Below are positions 48,829 through 61,029 of a stretch of DNA of 64,000 bases, one piece after another (position 1 is the first letter of the stretch; each line of letters opens with the position of its first letter). The stretch lies in contig CM059425.1 in NCBI GenBank assembly GCA_030390025.1, positions 161,884,001 to 161,948,000 of the forward strand, read 5' to 3'. The notes beneath the pieces are model-generated. The model saw only the letters and a program-made list of their open reading frames with translations, had not been told where the DNA came from and did not search any database. The translations under genes and the position numbers were made by a program. Source of the DNA: Squalus acanthias. Lineage: Eukaryota.

Positions 48829-50841
48829 GTCCAGTGAGAAAGAAAGATTTTAAGAGAAGGGAGCACCATCCGTGGCTAACTAAGGACGTAAAGGATGGTA
48901 TCAAATTGAAAACAAAGGCATACAATGCTGTCAAGATTGGTGGGAGACCAGAGTTTTGGGAAATTTTTAAAAACCAGCAAAGGATGACTAAAAAAATAAT
49001 AGAGAGAGAAGATGAATTATGAGAGTAAACTGCCAAGAAATATTAAAACAGATAGTAAGAGCTTCTACAGGTATATAAAAAGGAAGAGAGTAGCTAAAGT
49101 AAACGTTGGTCCCTTAGAGGATGAGACTGGGGAATTAATAATGGGGAACGGGGAATGGCAGAGACTCTGAACAAATATATTTTATCTGTCTTCACGGTAG
49201 AAGATACTAACAACATCCCAATAATGGATAATCAAGGGGCCACAGGGAGGGGGGAGCTAAAAACAATCACTATCACTAAGGAAATAGTACTTGGTAAAAT
49301 AATGGGACTAAAAGATGACAAGTCCCCGGACTAGATGGCCTGCATCCCAAGGTCTTAAAAGAAGTGGCTGCAGAGATAGTAGATGCATTGGTTGCAATAT
49401 ACCAAAATTCCCTGGACTCTGGAGAGGTCCCAGCGGATTGGAAAACCGCAAATGTAACACCCCTATTTTAGAAAGGAGGGAGACAGAAAGCAGGAAACTA
49501 AAGACCAGTTAGCCTAACGTCTGTCGTTGGGAAAATGCTGGAATCCTTCATTAAGGAAGCAGTAGCAGGGCATTTGGAAAATCATAATGCAGTCAAGCAG
49601 AGTCAGCATGCTTTTATGAAAGGGAAATCATGTTTAACAAATTTGCTGGACTTCTTTGAGGATGTAACGAACAGGGTGGACAAAGGTGAGCCAGTGGATG
49701 TGGTGTATTTGGATTTCCAGAAGGCATTCAATAAGGTGCCACATAAAAGGTTACTGCATAAGATAAGAGCTCACGGAATTGGGGGTAATATATTAGCATG
49801 GATAGTGAATTGGCTAACTGACAGAAAGCAGAGAGTCGGGATAAATGGGTCATTTTCCGGTTGGCAAACGGTAACTAGTGGGGTGCCACAGGGATCGGTG
49901 CTGGGGCTTCAACTATTTACAATCTACATTAATGACTTGGATGAAGGGACCGAGTGTAATGTAGCCAAGTTTGCGGATGATACAAAGATGGGTGGAAAGC
50001 AAGTTGTGAGTGGGCAAACATTTAGCAGATGGAGTATAATGTGGGAAAGTGCGAGGTTATCCACTTTGGCAGGAAAAATAAAAAAGCAAATTATTATTTA
50101 AATGGAGAGAGATTACAAAATGCTACAGTTCAGAGGGACCTGGGGGTCCTTGTGCATGAAACACAAAAAGTTAGCCTGCAGGCACAGCAAGTAATCAAAA
50201 AGACAAATGGAATGTTGGCCTTTATTTCAAGGGGGTTGGAGTATAAAAGCAGGGAAGTCCTGCTACAACTGTACAGGGTATTGGTGAGACCACACCTTGA
50301 GTACTGCGTACAGTTTTGGTCTCCTTATTTAAGGAAGGATATACTTGCATTGGAGGCAGTTCAGAGACGATTCATTAGGTTAATTCCAGAGATGAGGGGG
50401 TGACTTATGAGGAAAGATTGAGCAGGTTGGGCCTATACTCATTGGAATTTAGAAGAATGAGAGGTGATCTTATTGAAACATGTAAGATACTGAGGGAGCT
50501 CGACAAGATAGATGCAGAGAGGATTTTTCCCCTCGTGGGGAAATCTAGAACTCGGGGGCACGGTTTCAGAATAAAGGGTCTCCCTTTTAGAACTGAGATG
50601 AGGAGGAATTTCTTCTCTCAGAGGGTCGTAAATCTGTGGAATTCTCTGCCCCAGAGAGCTGTGGAGGCTGGGTCATTAAATACATTTAAGGTGGAGATAG
50701 ACAGATTTTTGCAAGATAAGGGAGTGAAGGGTTATGGGGAGCGGGCAGGAAAATGGCTTTGAGCCCAAGATCAGCCATGATCTTATTGAATGGCGGAGCA
50801 GGCTCGAGGGGCCAAGTGGCCTATTCCTGCTCCTATTTCTT
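48829..50841 (+). mobile_element. CR1 LINE, 5'-truncated, inserted in the transposase
   Basis: Aligns with 44005-46049; flanked by a 57-bp direct repeat. Confidence 0.93.
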
Positions 50842-51062
50842 ATGTGGCTTTGCTAGGATAGTGGGCTTCCCCATGGTGCAGGGTGCCATCAATTGCACAC
50901 ACGTGGTTTTGCAGGGCGCCGCATCTAAATGCTGCGATGTACCACAACCACAAAGGTTATCACTCGCTGAATGTGCAGTTGGTATGCGACCATGCTCAGC
51001 ACATCATGATGGTGAAGGCCCGGTATCCTAGCAGTCATGATGCTTTTATTCTGCGCCAGTCA

Positions 51063-53084
51063 ATGATGGTGGAGCCCACCACGTGAGTGCAAAAGACAAG
51101 GCTGAAGCGTTTGCAACCATCTTCAGCCAGAAGAGCCGAATGGATGATCCATATCGGCCTACTCCTGAGGTCCCCACCATCACAGAAGCCAGTCTTCAGC
51201 CAATTCGATTCACTCCACGTGATATCAAGAAACGGCTGAGCGCACTGGATACAGCAAAGGCTATGGGCCCCGACAACATCCCGGCTATCGTGCTGAAGAC
51301 TTGTACTCCAGAACTAGCCGCGCCTCTAGCCAAGCTGTTCCAGTACAGCTACCACACTGGCATCTATCTGACAATGTCGAAAACTGCCCAGGTATGTCCT
51401 GTCCACAAAAAGCAGGACAAATCCAACCCGGCCAATTACCGCCCCATCAGTCTACTCTCAATCATTAGCAAAGTGATGGAAGGTGCTTAGTTTGGGTTCC
51501 GCCAACACCACTCGGCTCCCGACCTCATTACAGCCTTGGTCCAAACATGGACAAAGGAGCTGAATTCCAGAGGTGAGGTGAGTGACTCATTTTTAAAAAT
51601 TCGATTTTGGGATGTGGGCGTCGCTGGCAAGCCCAGCAATTATTGCCCATCACTAATTGCCCTTGAGAAGGTGGTGGTGAGCTGCCTTTTTGAACCGTTG
51701 CAGTCCGTGTTGTGATGGTACTCCCATAGTGCTGTTAGGTAGGGAGTTCCAGGATTTTGACCCAGCGACGATGAAGGATCGGCGATATACTTCTAAGTCA
51801 GGATGGTGTGTGACTTGGAGGGGAACTTGGCGGTGGTGGTGTTCCCATGCGCCTACTGCCCTTGTCCTTCTAGTTGGAAGAGGTCACAGGTTTGTGAGGT
51901 GCTGCTGAAGAAGCCTTGGCGAATTGCTGCAGTGCATTCTGTAGATGGTACACACTGCAGCCACGGTACGCCGGTGGTGGAGGGAGTGAATGTTTAAGGT
52001 GGTGGATGGGTTGCCAATCAAGCGGGCTGCTTTGTCCTGGATGGTGTCGAGCTTCTTGAGTGTTGTTGGAGCTGCAGTCATCCAGGCGAGTGAACAGTAT
52101 TCCATCACACACCTTACTTGTGCCTTGTAGATGGTGGAAAGGCTTTGGGGAGTCAGGAGGTGAGACACCCGCCGCAGAATACCTAGCCTCTGACCTGCTC
52201 TTGTTGCCACAGTATTTATGTGGCTGGTCCGGTTAAGTTTCTGGTCAATGGTGACCCTCAGGATGTTGATGGTGGGGGATTCGGCGATGGTAATGCCGTT
52301 GAATGTCAAGGGGTGGTGGTTAGACTCTCGCTTGTTGGAGATAGTCATTGCCTGGCACTTCTGTGGCGCGAATGTTACTTGCCACTTATCAGCCCAAGCC
52401 TGAACATGGTTCAGGTCTTGTTGCATGCGGGCATGGACTACTTCATTATCTGAGGAGTTGTGAATGGCGAACATCCCCATTTCTGACCTTATGTTGGAGG
52501 GAAGCTCATTGATGAAGCAGTTGAAGATGGTTGGGTGCTCTAGTAAAACTGAAGTCAATGGGAATCGGGGGGGGAAACACTCCATTGGCTGGAATCATAT
52601 CTAGCACAAAGGAAGATGGTTGTGGTGGTCGAAGGTCAATCATCACCGCCCCAGGACATCGATGCAGGAGTTCCTCAGGGCAGTGTCCTAGGCCCAACCA
52701 TCTTCAGCTGCTTCATCAATGACTTTCCCTCCAACATAAGGTCTGAAATGGTGATGTTCGCTGATGACTGCAGTGTTCAGCGCCATTCACAACTCCTCTT
52801 CCACCTAGAGGGACAAGGGCAGCAGGCGCATGGGAAACCATCACCTCCAAGTTCCCCTCCAAGTCACACACCATCCTGACTTAGAAGTATATTGCCGATC
52901 CTTCGTCACTGGGTCAAAATCCTGGAACTCCCTACCTAACAGCACTGTAGGAGTACCTTCACCACATGGACTGCAGCGGTTCAAGAAGGCGGCTCATCAC
53001 CACCTTCTCAAGGGCAATGAGGGATGGACAATAAATGGTGGCCTTGCCAGCGACGCCCACATCCCATAAACAAATAAAACAAAA
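51063..53084 (+). mobile_element. Zenon-like LINE, 5'-truncated with internal deletions, inserted in the transposase
   Basis: ORF 51083-51490 is RT N-terminal region. Sequence resumes at 52536 and ends in the family tail at ~53000-53084. Confidence 0.88.
51590..52535 (-). mobile_element. Zenon-like LINE 3' portion inserted antisense in the preceding copy
   Basis: Family tail at ~51595-51670 on the minus strand; ORF 51884-52585. Confidence 0.88.
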
Positions 53085-53413
53085 GTCTGTTGTTCCCTCA
53101 GACTATGAACCACGAAGACAAACCAGAGAGTGGCTACTCGGCGATAAGGGCTATCCGCTGACCACGTGGCTCATGACTCCGCTCTGCAACCCAACCACAC
53201 GTGGGCAGCATGCGTACAATGAGAGCCATGTTGCCATACGTAATCTGATAGAGTACACCATTGGCATACTTAAACAATGCCTCCGCTGCCTGGACCACTC
53301 TGGAGGAACCCTGCAGTACTCACCAGAACGCGTCTCAAACGTGGTCTGCTGCGTGCTCTACAACCTCGCCATCATAAGGGTAGAGCCCTTCCACCAGGCA
53401 TACAGCAACTAGC

Positions 53414-53484
53414 TGAGGAGGAGGAGGAGGAGGAGGAGGAGGAGGAAGAGGAAGAGGAAGAGGAGGAGGAGGAAGAGGAGGAGG
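53414..53484 (+). repeat. (GAG/GAA)n microsatellite, poly-Glu tail of the transposase
   Basis: Directly visible trinucleotide run. Confidence 0.9.
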
Positions 53485-53752
53485 CAACCTAGACAGCCCC
53501 TATCTGCCCGGGCTGTGTGTGATCGATTCATCCGACAGCGGTACGAGTGAACGCAACCCCAATTCCCCATTCAACAATTATCCCACACCATAACTTCACT
53601 CTGTTACTCACCATCGCAGAGTCCTCTTGGCCACTATGCTAAAATAAAAGCCACCACAAAAGAAACATTCCAATTCAACTTTATTCATCAATCTAGCCAA
53701 TATTACATAACAAATTCAACTAATCACCCTTGTGCATTCCCTTAGTGCCTGT

Positions 53753-55620
53753 CTAGCGTGTGCCTTTGCCTGTCCCAGTGCTCCTATGAAATGCTACCTC
53801 AGTGGCTGAAGCATGGCTGGTGGAAGGCTGCTGACTTTCAGTGGAGGAGACTGCAGATGGCCTTGGAGGATGACCTCGAGCAGCTATGGGCCTAGAAGGC
53901 CCGGCTGCAGACTGTACCACCTCAGCATGGGCGGTAGCAGTCTGGGCTAGCTGGCTGACAGGCAACAGCAAGGCACTGGCGGGGTGGGAGGATGAATGCC
54001 ATCATCCTGAGAGAGGACAGCAGGTTCTTGCTCCATAGAGCCACTGCCACTCCCCCAGGGCGGCGCCTCCGCATTCCTAGCCATCTGTTGGAGGACAGAT
54101 TACTGGATGGCTGTGACACCCTCAAAGCCCCTTTCCACACTGGTAAACGCAGCCACGATGGCAGCAGTCTGAGCTTGTGTGGCAGCAAGCTGAGCCTGCA
54201 TGAGAACAGTCTGAGCTTGCATGACTTCAGTCTGAGTTTCCACTGCATCACTCAGACATTGGGTGGCTTGTGCTTGTCCTTTAATGGAAACTGAGACATC
54301 AGCCATCAGACGCTGCATAATGGTTGGGTCCACAAGTGCGCTAATGGATCTGCCCACCCCTTCCATGCTGGAAATCATGGGCTCCAAGCTTTGTGCAAAG
54401 TTGGTGCTGGACTCCTCCATGGTTCTTGACATTGCACTCAGGCTTTCTGGCAGGCTTACCAATGCACAAGCATTTCCTTGTGCATACCCATCAGCGTTCT
54501 TCTGTAGGCCGCCCCACTAAAGTCCTCATCTGAGTCATCTGCAGCAGAACTCATGTGTGACCTCGCCCTTCGGGAGCTGGCACCTAAGCTACCCTTTCCC
54601 CCTGCCCAGGCTGCAGCCAACTCGTGCCCGATGATTCACCAGGTGCAGATCCTGCCTCTAAGCTACCCTCTAAACTCCACGCAGTGTCAGTATCTGAGCT
54701 GGTGGCTGCGAGTGTCAGATGGAGTGATGGTGTTTCTTCTTCTTCTTCATCACTCTCCTCTCCCTCTTCTTCTTGAACCACTGGCTGGGCAGCTTGGATT
54801 TCTTGGGTCTCTGAAATGAGAAAGGCACAAGGGTAAGGTTGTGGTGAGGGAAGGTGGGGGGGAAAGCAAGAGGTGCATGCTTACACCATCTGCAGCTTGT
54901 AAATCAGAAGAGATTGTGTGATGAGGGGGAAGTGGGATGTGAGAAGGAGGATAATGTATGAGGATACCGGCATCTTCTATTCTTTCAGCCCCAACGCTGG
55001 CCCCGGACTCAGCCATGTCCCTCCCAAGAAAGGACTGTCTCCTCCATGGGGTGAGGTGATGCAGGCGAGCCAGTCCCCTGCCGATTAGGTTCTGCTGGTG
55101 CCAGTTATGCGCCACTATTTCCTGCAAGAGAAAGGGAAGTGTCTCAGTGAGCATGGTGCAATGTGTTTGGGTGATGTGCCTGTCATATTTGAGTAGCTGA
55201 CAGTGTGTGCAAGCTGTGAGATGTGGGTGTGAGGCTTGTAGCAGTGGTAAGTGTGTGAGGGTGAGGTGAAGCTATGAATTTGATGCATGAGTCATGTTTG
55301 GTAGAGATTGTTGGTAGGTGAGTAATGGGGGTGTGGTGCATTGAGCAGTGTGTGAGGCTTGTGGTGCAGATGGTAGGATATGGCATTTGAAGATGAATTC
55401 TTCACCACCTGTGTGAGGTCATTAAACTTCTTCCTACGTCCTCAGGGCTACACTGCTGGCATTCACCACAGTGGCTATTTGCTCCCACTGCTGTTTGCTC
55501 TGTTGCCTGGAGGGCCTCCTGTGGAAAGAAGACCTCTCTCCTCCTATTGACCTCCTGCACCAAGGCCTCTAGTACTGCATCGAAGAACCTTGGAGCACGC
55601 TCTCTCCCTTGTTGCGCTAT
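53753..55620 (-). pseudogene. Harbinger Myb/SANT (trihelix)-like DNA-binding gene; exons ~55620-55400, 55121-54968, 54810-53753
   Basis: Exon 1 reads AQQGRERAPRFFDAVLEALVQEVNRRREV...RKKFNDLTQVVK with the start codon decayed to ATA. Acceptors TCTCTTGCAG and CTCATTTCAG. Confidence 0.75.
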
Positions 55621-58461
55621 TATTTGTTCTTTTCCACTGTCTTCCTCAGCCAGTACAACAATCTGCTGCAGGCAGAATGCACTGCCCCTTTAAGAGGTGC
55701 ATACTGCCTTTAAGTAGCGCAGGCTAGCTTTAATTGGTGCTAGCCTCGCACGAACTTGGGCCCCCTGCTGAGCGTTTCGCCATTCAGCAGCAGTTTCAGC
55801 GCTGGGCTGAACGCCACAATCATGGAAATGAGCAGGTGGTATGAAATTCGCATGCTGCCTGCATCGCAATCCCGCGCCCATTTTGGGGGGCAACCAATTC
55901 TAGGCCACCATCTTTTTTGCTAGTCACAAAGCATAAACACACCAAGTCATGTTGCCACTCCTTTCCCAACAAAACGTTCCCCATACAACCTTGAAAATAA
56001 ACAATGTTAAACTGTCAATATGAAGAATGGGACTAATGAATGAAACACATTACAACTTTTCTAAGCAGTATTCTCTAAATAAACAGCTGGCCTTTTACCA
56101 TTTAGTGAGATGACACAGATATGTTACTGTAGTTGGCTATTAAACCAACCACTTAATCATCTGAGATGAACTTTAGTCTTAAAATGATGTCACCCTTTTA
56201 ATTAGTTCAAATAAAGAGCATCCCTTTTCCTAATGTGCAACAATTTAAAAACGTAGCATACATCAAAAAAACTTAGAATTTTGAAGTGAATATTTTCATT
56301 TGTAAGTATGTGGGATCTCAGTTATAATGTTTTATGGCGTGCTTCACTGACAGTTCGGTGTGTTGGATGTGACTTTCACAGTCTGTTGGCAGTTTCTGGG
56401 AAAGCCATCACACCTGTGACTTTGGCATTGATTAATGAGTCTTTCAACTCATCACTACCATCTGAAGGAGGGCCATGGCCTTTCTGGGCTTCAGTGATTT
56501 ATTCGCCTTCAGTGCAACGCTACCAAGGTATCTTCCGTAAAGAAAACCACACCTGTTTAAAGCTAATGAAAACCTCAATATGTCATTGTCTAGACAAGCC
56601 AAAAAGCATGTTAAACTCGACAAAAGATTTATTCAAGTTACATGAATACAGTTTTGTCACAACCTGTCAATTTAAGGCAGTATAAGACCTTCCTCAATGA
56701 CATTCCACACAGTGTCAAGTTTCTGAGTGACAATTTGAAATTTTGTGTGTGGTTAGATGGAGAACATTCCATAAAACAACAAAGGATATTTTAGAGAAGT
56801 TAATTAGTCTTTAATATTTTCATCTGTTCTTCAGAGAATGAAGGCAATTTTTAAGTTGAGCCACTTTTTCGCTGCTAAAAAGGCAAATTTGCAAGATGTA
56901 CATGCAAACAGTTAAAATCTTAAAATGAAGTAATGAGTACTACAGTATTCTGAAAACTTTAAATCTCAAAAAACATTCAGTTCATGTGCTGATGATCAGT
57001 GAGTGGAATACTTCAAATAATTAGCATATTTTCCTCACATACAGCATCATATGGCTATAATTTACAACAGATGGTACCTTCATATGTAAAAGAATATACG
57101 AACATTTCCTCAAAATGATCATACTGTTTGATGTTTCATTTCAATTCTTCAGCATCCAAAAGGTCATGGTATATTTTTCATATGGCCATAGAAATAAATT
57201 CATTTTAGAAGAAGAGTATGTCACATATTTATTGTATTTCAAAATGCATCAATACTTAAAGTGGACTGAATTGCTTCTAAAATGTCCTGATATATCTAAT
57301 TTAGATACTGTATATACGACTGCATTACACTGGTTACTGTTGTCAATTGTTGCTAGTAGTTTACTATAGCACTGCAAAATTTTAAGTTACTATGCCATTC
57401 TCAAGTCTAAAACTTCTGTTATATTAGACTGGTATCTGAAACTGCTATCTGTATAGAGTAATGAATAGGCAGCAGACCAGAGTTATATTGCCAGCTGCAA
57501 CTTGCTGTGGAGCTTTTAAGTATGCGGGATCAAAACAGCCTCTGTTACTGAACTTAATGTGTACTTTAATGTGCACAGCTCCACTCTCCAAGCAGCTAAT
57601 TTTAATGTTATGAGAGAGCGGGCTGCATTGTCTGCTTTCTCATCACATTAACAAGATTCGATATTAAATGTGAAAAGATCCAAGATGGTCCAATGGACCG
57701 CCTGCGTAATTTTGAAGCATGGCTTCACATTAAGCTATGCCCAATGCCAGGCCCCTGTAGTGTGAGACTACACACCGCAGGTAGTCATAAACCTTATGGT
57801 TTCAGTGTGGCTGGGTGTCAGCTCAGAACCAAGTTATACTGTTGCTTTTGAGTCAATGTACAGCTAAAACTGCTTCTTGTCAATGTGAAAGTAGTAGTAT
57901 GAAAATAGCCTAACAGATTTATTCCTATGGGAACAATAATGGTTACATGAGAATATACATTTAAGAAGAATAACCATGATGCTTGTAGAACTGAATGTAA
58001 TTAGTTGTTATGTTCATGATCAGTATAAAATTAAGTTGTCTAATAATGCATTATAGTAATTCATGTAAATCCACAAATTACAGCTAAGTCTCCTTACGGC
58101 AACTGTTTGGGCCCTTAAAAACATTTAGATATGCACACTGTCCTTTTACCTTGAATCTAAATCTGACAAATAGGATGAAAGTCTCCTTTGTCTGTCAGCT
58201 GTGAAATTCCCTGTAGAACCATAGAAGTTTATAGAAGTCCACTGTACGATCATGCTTCCCCCCTAAACCCTCCAACTTAAAAAGACTTTTGCATCTCTCA
58301 CTAATTTTAATGTATTTCATTTCAGAATCTATTTGGTTAGAATTAAAGGAACAATATAGGAGCGATTACATTACTGGGTGTATACTATAGACCACTAAAT
58401 GGTGGGAAGAAGACAGAGGAGTAAATTTGCAGGCAAATTGCAGAAAGATGCAAGACCCATA

Positions 58462-59357
58462 GGGGACTAAATTAGACAGACCCCGAAAACAGGCACGGAG
58501 CTCACAATGCACGATTACCCCAAACCCATTCAACATGATGCAGGCAGCATGCCAACTTCGTGCTGCCTGCTCATTACCATGATTGTAGTGTGCAGCCAGT
58601 GCTAACCATTGAGTGGCTGCACGTTTCAGCAGGGGGCCCAAAATCGTGAGAGGCTAGCATGAGTTAAAGCTAGCCTGCACTACTTAAAGCCAGTCTGCAC
58701 CTCTTAAAGTGGAGATGCATGGGACTGGAGCAGGTGGTGGAAGACCTTGTACAAGGCACATTGGCATGGAAAAAGACTGAATAATGGCACAACATGGGAG
58801 GGTGTGTGCTCCAAGGTTCTCTGACACTGCGCTGGAGGCCATGGTCGAGGAGGTGAAAAGGAGGAGAGAAGTGCTGTATCTACAGGGGGCCAGGAGGCCC
58901 TCCAGACAAATGTTCAGAAGGCAGTGGGACCAGATAGCCGTGGCAGTCAATGCCAGGATTCAAACCCCGAGGATCTGGATGCAGTGCCGCAAAAATTTCA
59001 ATGACCTCACACGAGTGGTCAAGGCCAGTGAATTCATCTTCATTCATCTTCAAATGACATATCCCACCAACTGCACCACTAGCCTCAGCAACTGCACAAT
59101 GCACCACACCCGCATCACTCACCCACCAACAATCTCTATCAATCAGAACTCATAATTAACTTTCATAGCTGCACCTCACCTCACACACTTCGCACTACTG
59201 CAAGCCTCACACCCACATCTCACATTCACTGCCAGCTATTCAATCATGACAGCCACACCACACAAACACATTGCACCACACTCACTGACACAGTTCCCTC
59301 TCTTGCAGGACAAGATGGCGCACAATCAGAGGCAGCAGGAGGTAACCGGTGGTTGTT
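58462..59357 (+). mobile_element. Harbinger end fragment with Myb/SANT exon 1 (58784-~59023) and start of exon 2
   Basis: MAQHGRVCAPRFSDTALEAMVEEV...WDQIAVAVNA...W.QCRKNFNDL trihelix pattern; paralogous to 55620-55080. Confidence 0.85.
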
Positions 59358-59364
59358 AAATAAT

Positions 59365-60112
59365 GGGCCAGAAATTCGGGTCTCCACGGGTGAGTACGCG
59401 CTGGGTACTCACCCGTAGACCCAACGAAAGTGCACTGCGCATGCGCTGGAAACCGGAACTTCCGTTCCCCTGAAGGAAGGGGTTCAGAGGTCGAACGCGT
59501 GCGCCGGAGAGGCAGCGCGCATGCAACGAACTTCGTTTTTTTTTTTCAGGTTTCTCCGTGAGGGTAAGTACGGAGAAGCTGCACGGGGAAAAAGGAGGCG
59601 CAAGGCCTGCTTTTAACAAGGTAAGTGGTGAATTAAGTACAATTTAAACATTTTTTCAACAGGTTTATCTTTTTTACATACTTTAAAGAAAGGTAAGTTT
59701 ATTTTTAGCACCGTTAAAAAGTGTAATTAATTTTTTCAAAAATTTAAATTTTTGTTTAAAGTAGTTAATTTATGTAATTTATAGTTATTTTAAAAATGTG
59801 TTTTTTTTTAATTTATTTGAAGTTTTAGTGAGGTTTTGGGGCCGATCTCTATTCATAGATTTGACAGGTCTTCCTGTCAAAATCTATGAATGAAGATTCC
59901 CTGCTCCGATTGGCTCTCCATGGCCCACGTGATCCCAGGGGACGCTTCGAACTAACTGCGCCCCTGGGATACGCAAGCACTGCGCGCCGGCAGTTGCAGG
60001 AGGCCCAGGAGCCGAATTCCACGCGGGCCCGAAGCACAACGGCAGGCGCGACATGCAAGTACGCGCGCGATTCTTGCACCCGCGGGAAGCCGGAGAGCCG
60101 AATTTCTGGCCC
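59365..60112 (+). mobile_element. MITE family X, copy 3 (diverged subfamily)
   Basis: Perfect TIRs GGGCCAGAAATT / AATTTCTGGCCC; TSD AAT. Confidence 0.88.
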
Positions 60113-60717
60113 AATGAGAAACTAAATTAGCTGTAAATTTTTGTTTGTGTAAAATTATAAATCATTTTTCTGCTCAGTTTCCTCTGCTTAATGAGCCCCG
60201 CCATTAATTTATCCCCTTTAAGTCCATTTGAAAAGGTCACTCTCTCAATCCTGGGGCTGAAGAGCATAGAAAGTGGTGAAGTTAAAATGGTAGGTACCAC
60301 CAAAACTGAGGGCTGATACCATTCTTTTGCTGTTATTTTTAAAATCTCCTCACATACTCAATAGCATGCATACACTTCAGTATGCCACTTTGGCATGTAA
60401 TATTTGGCCATATATGCACTGTTTGAAGAAGTATCTTGCAGACAGCATTCTAGCTATGTTCCTATTCTGTTTTCATAGGTGACCTCCAAGAACCAGCCCG
60501 ATTGTCCACACAATTGGATTAAGACAGTACCTCATTACACCCTGTGTGATTGGTTCCACCCATTGCAACCAACAGTTAGATCTAACACTGAGACTTTAGT
60601 CAGTTTGAGGACCATGCACTGAGTAAACCACAGAAGGATGTGAGAGTAGCAGCAGAGAAACAGCAAGCTCCTGTCCTGCTCATATTCTTCACCAGCTGCA
60701 GATACAGACTTCATTTT

Positions 60718-61029
60718 TTTTATTTGTTCTGGAGATGTGGGCAATATTTATTGCCCATCCATAGTTGCCCTGAGGGCATTACCAGTCAATCACATATAGG
60801 ACAAGAGTCACATGTAAGTCACATCAGGTAGGGGTGACGAGTTCTCTTCCCTGAAGGGCATTAGTGATCCAGTTGGATTGTTACAACAATTCAGCAGCTT
60901 TCATGGTTATTTCTGGTGCTAGCGTACAAACGACCAGATTTTTAAAATTCAATTTAACAACTTGCCATGGTGGGATTTGAACTCACGACCTCCGGGTCAC
61001 TAGTCCAGTACTATAACCAGTAGTCTACC
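60718..61029 (-). mobile_element. tRNA-derived SINE, same family as 712-999
   Basis: Box B GAGTTCAAATCC; body matches 13350-13628; Zenon-like tail. Confidence 0.8.

Larger units (their letters stand above)
46732..53550 (+). pseudogene. Harbinger (HARBI1-like) DDE transposase in four pieces: 46732-47110, 48668-48828, 50899-51062, 53085-53550
   Basis: LNFFASGSFQ...GDICNISQ; GFPMVQGAIDCT; KGYHSLNVQLVCD...SHDAFIL; WLLGDKGYP...YNESH...RNLIE.TIGILK...CCVLYN; acidic tail. Confidence 0.9.
46276..55906 (+). mobile_element. PIF/Harbinger transposon (~4 kb without insertions) with convergent transposase and Myb-like genes
   Basis: Degenerate TIRs (GACTAAAAATTTGATTGC / GCAACCAATTCTAGGCC). Both genes present. 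AATAAA on the plus strand (~53643) and the minus strand (~53680) between them. Confidence 0.8.

Noticed and set aside
46732..53550. Possible host HARBI1 gene with introns
   Set aside because: The interruptions are LINE insertions without splice sites, frameshifts are present, and it is paired with a Myb gene inside TIRs.
56308..56685. 125-aa ORF, and a possible minus-strand exon reading CGFLYGRY
   Set aside because: No recognisable domain; the minus-strand frame stops quickly and I found no partner exons.
58784..59155. Possible domesticated host gene of NAIF1/MSANTD type
   Set aside because: Truncated in exon 2, has decayed paralogues within the window, and sits in transposon context.
60479..60622. 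Good splice acceptor (TTCTGTTTTCATAG) followed by a 47-codon frame
   Set aside because: Peptide not recognisable and no supporting upstream exons.
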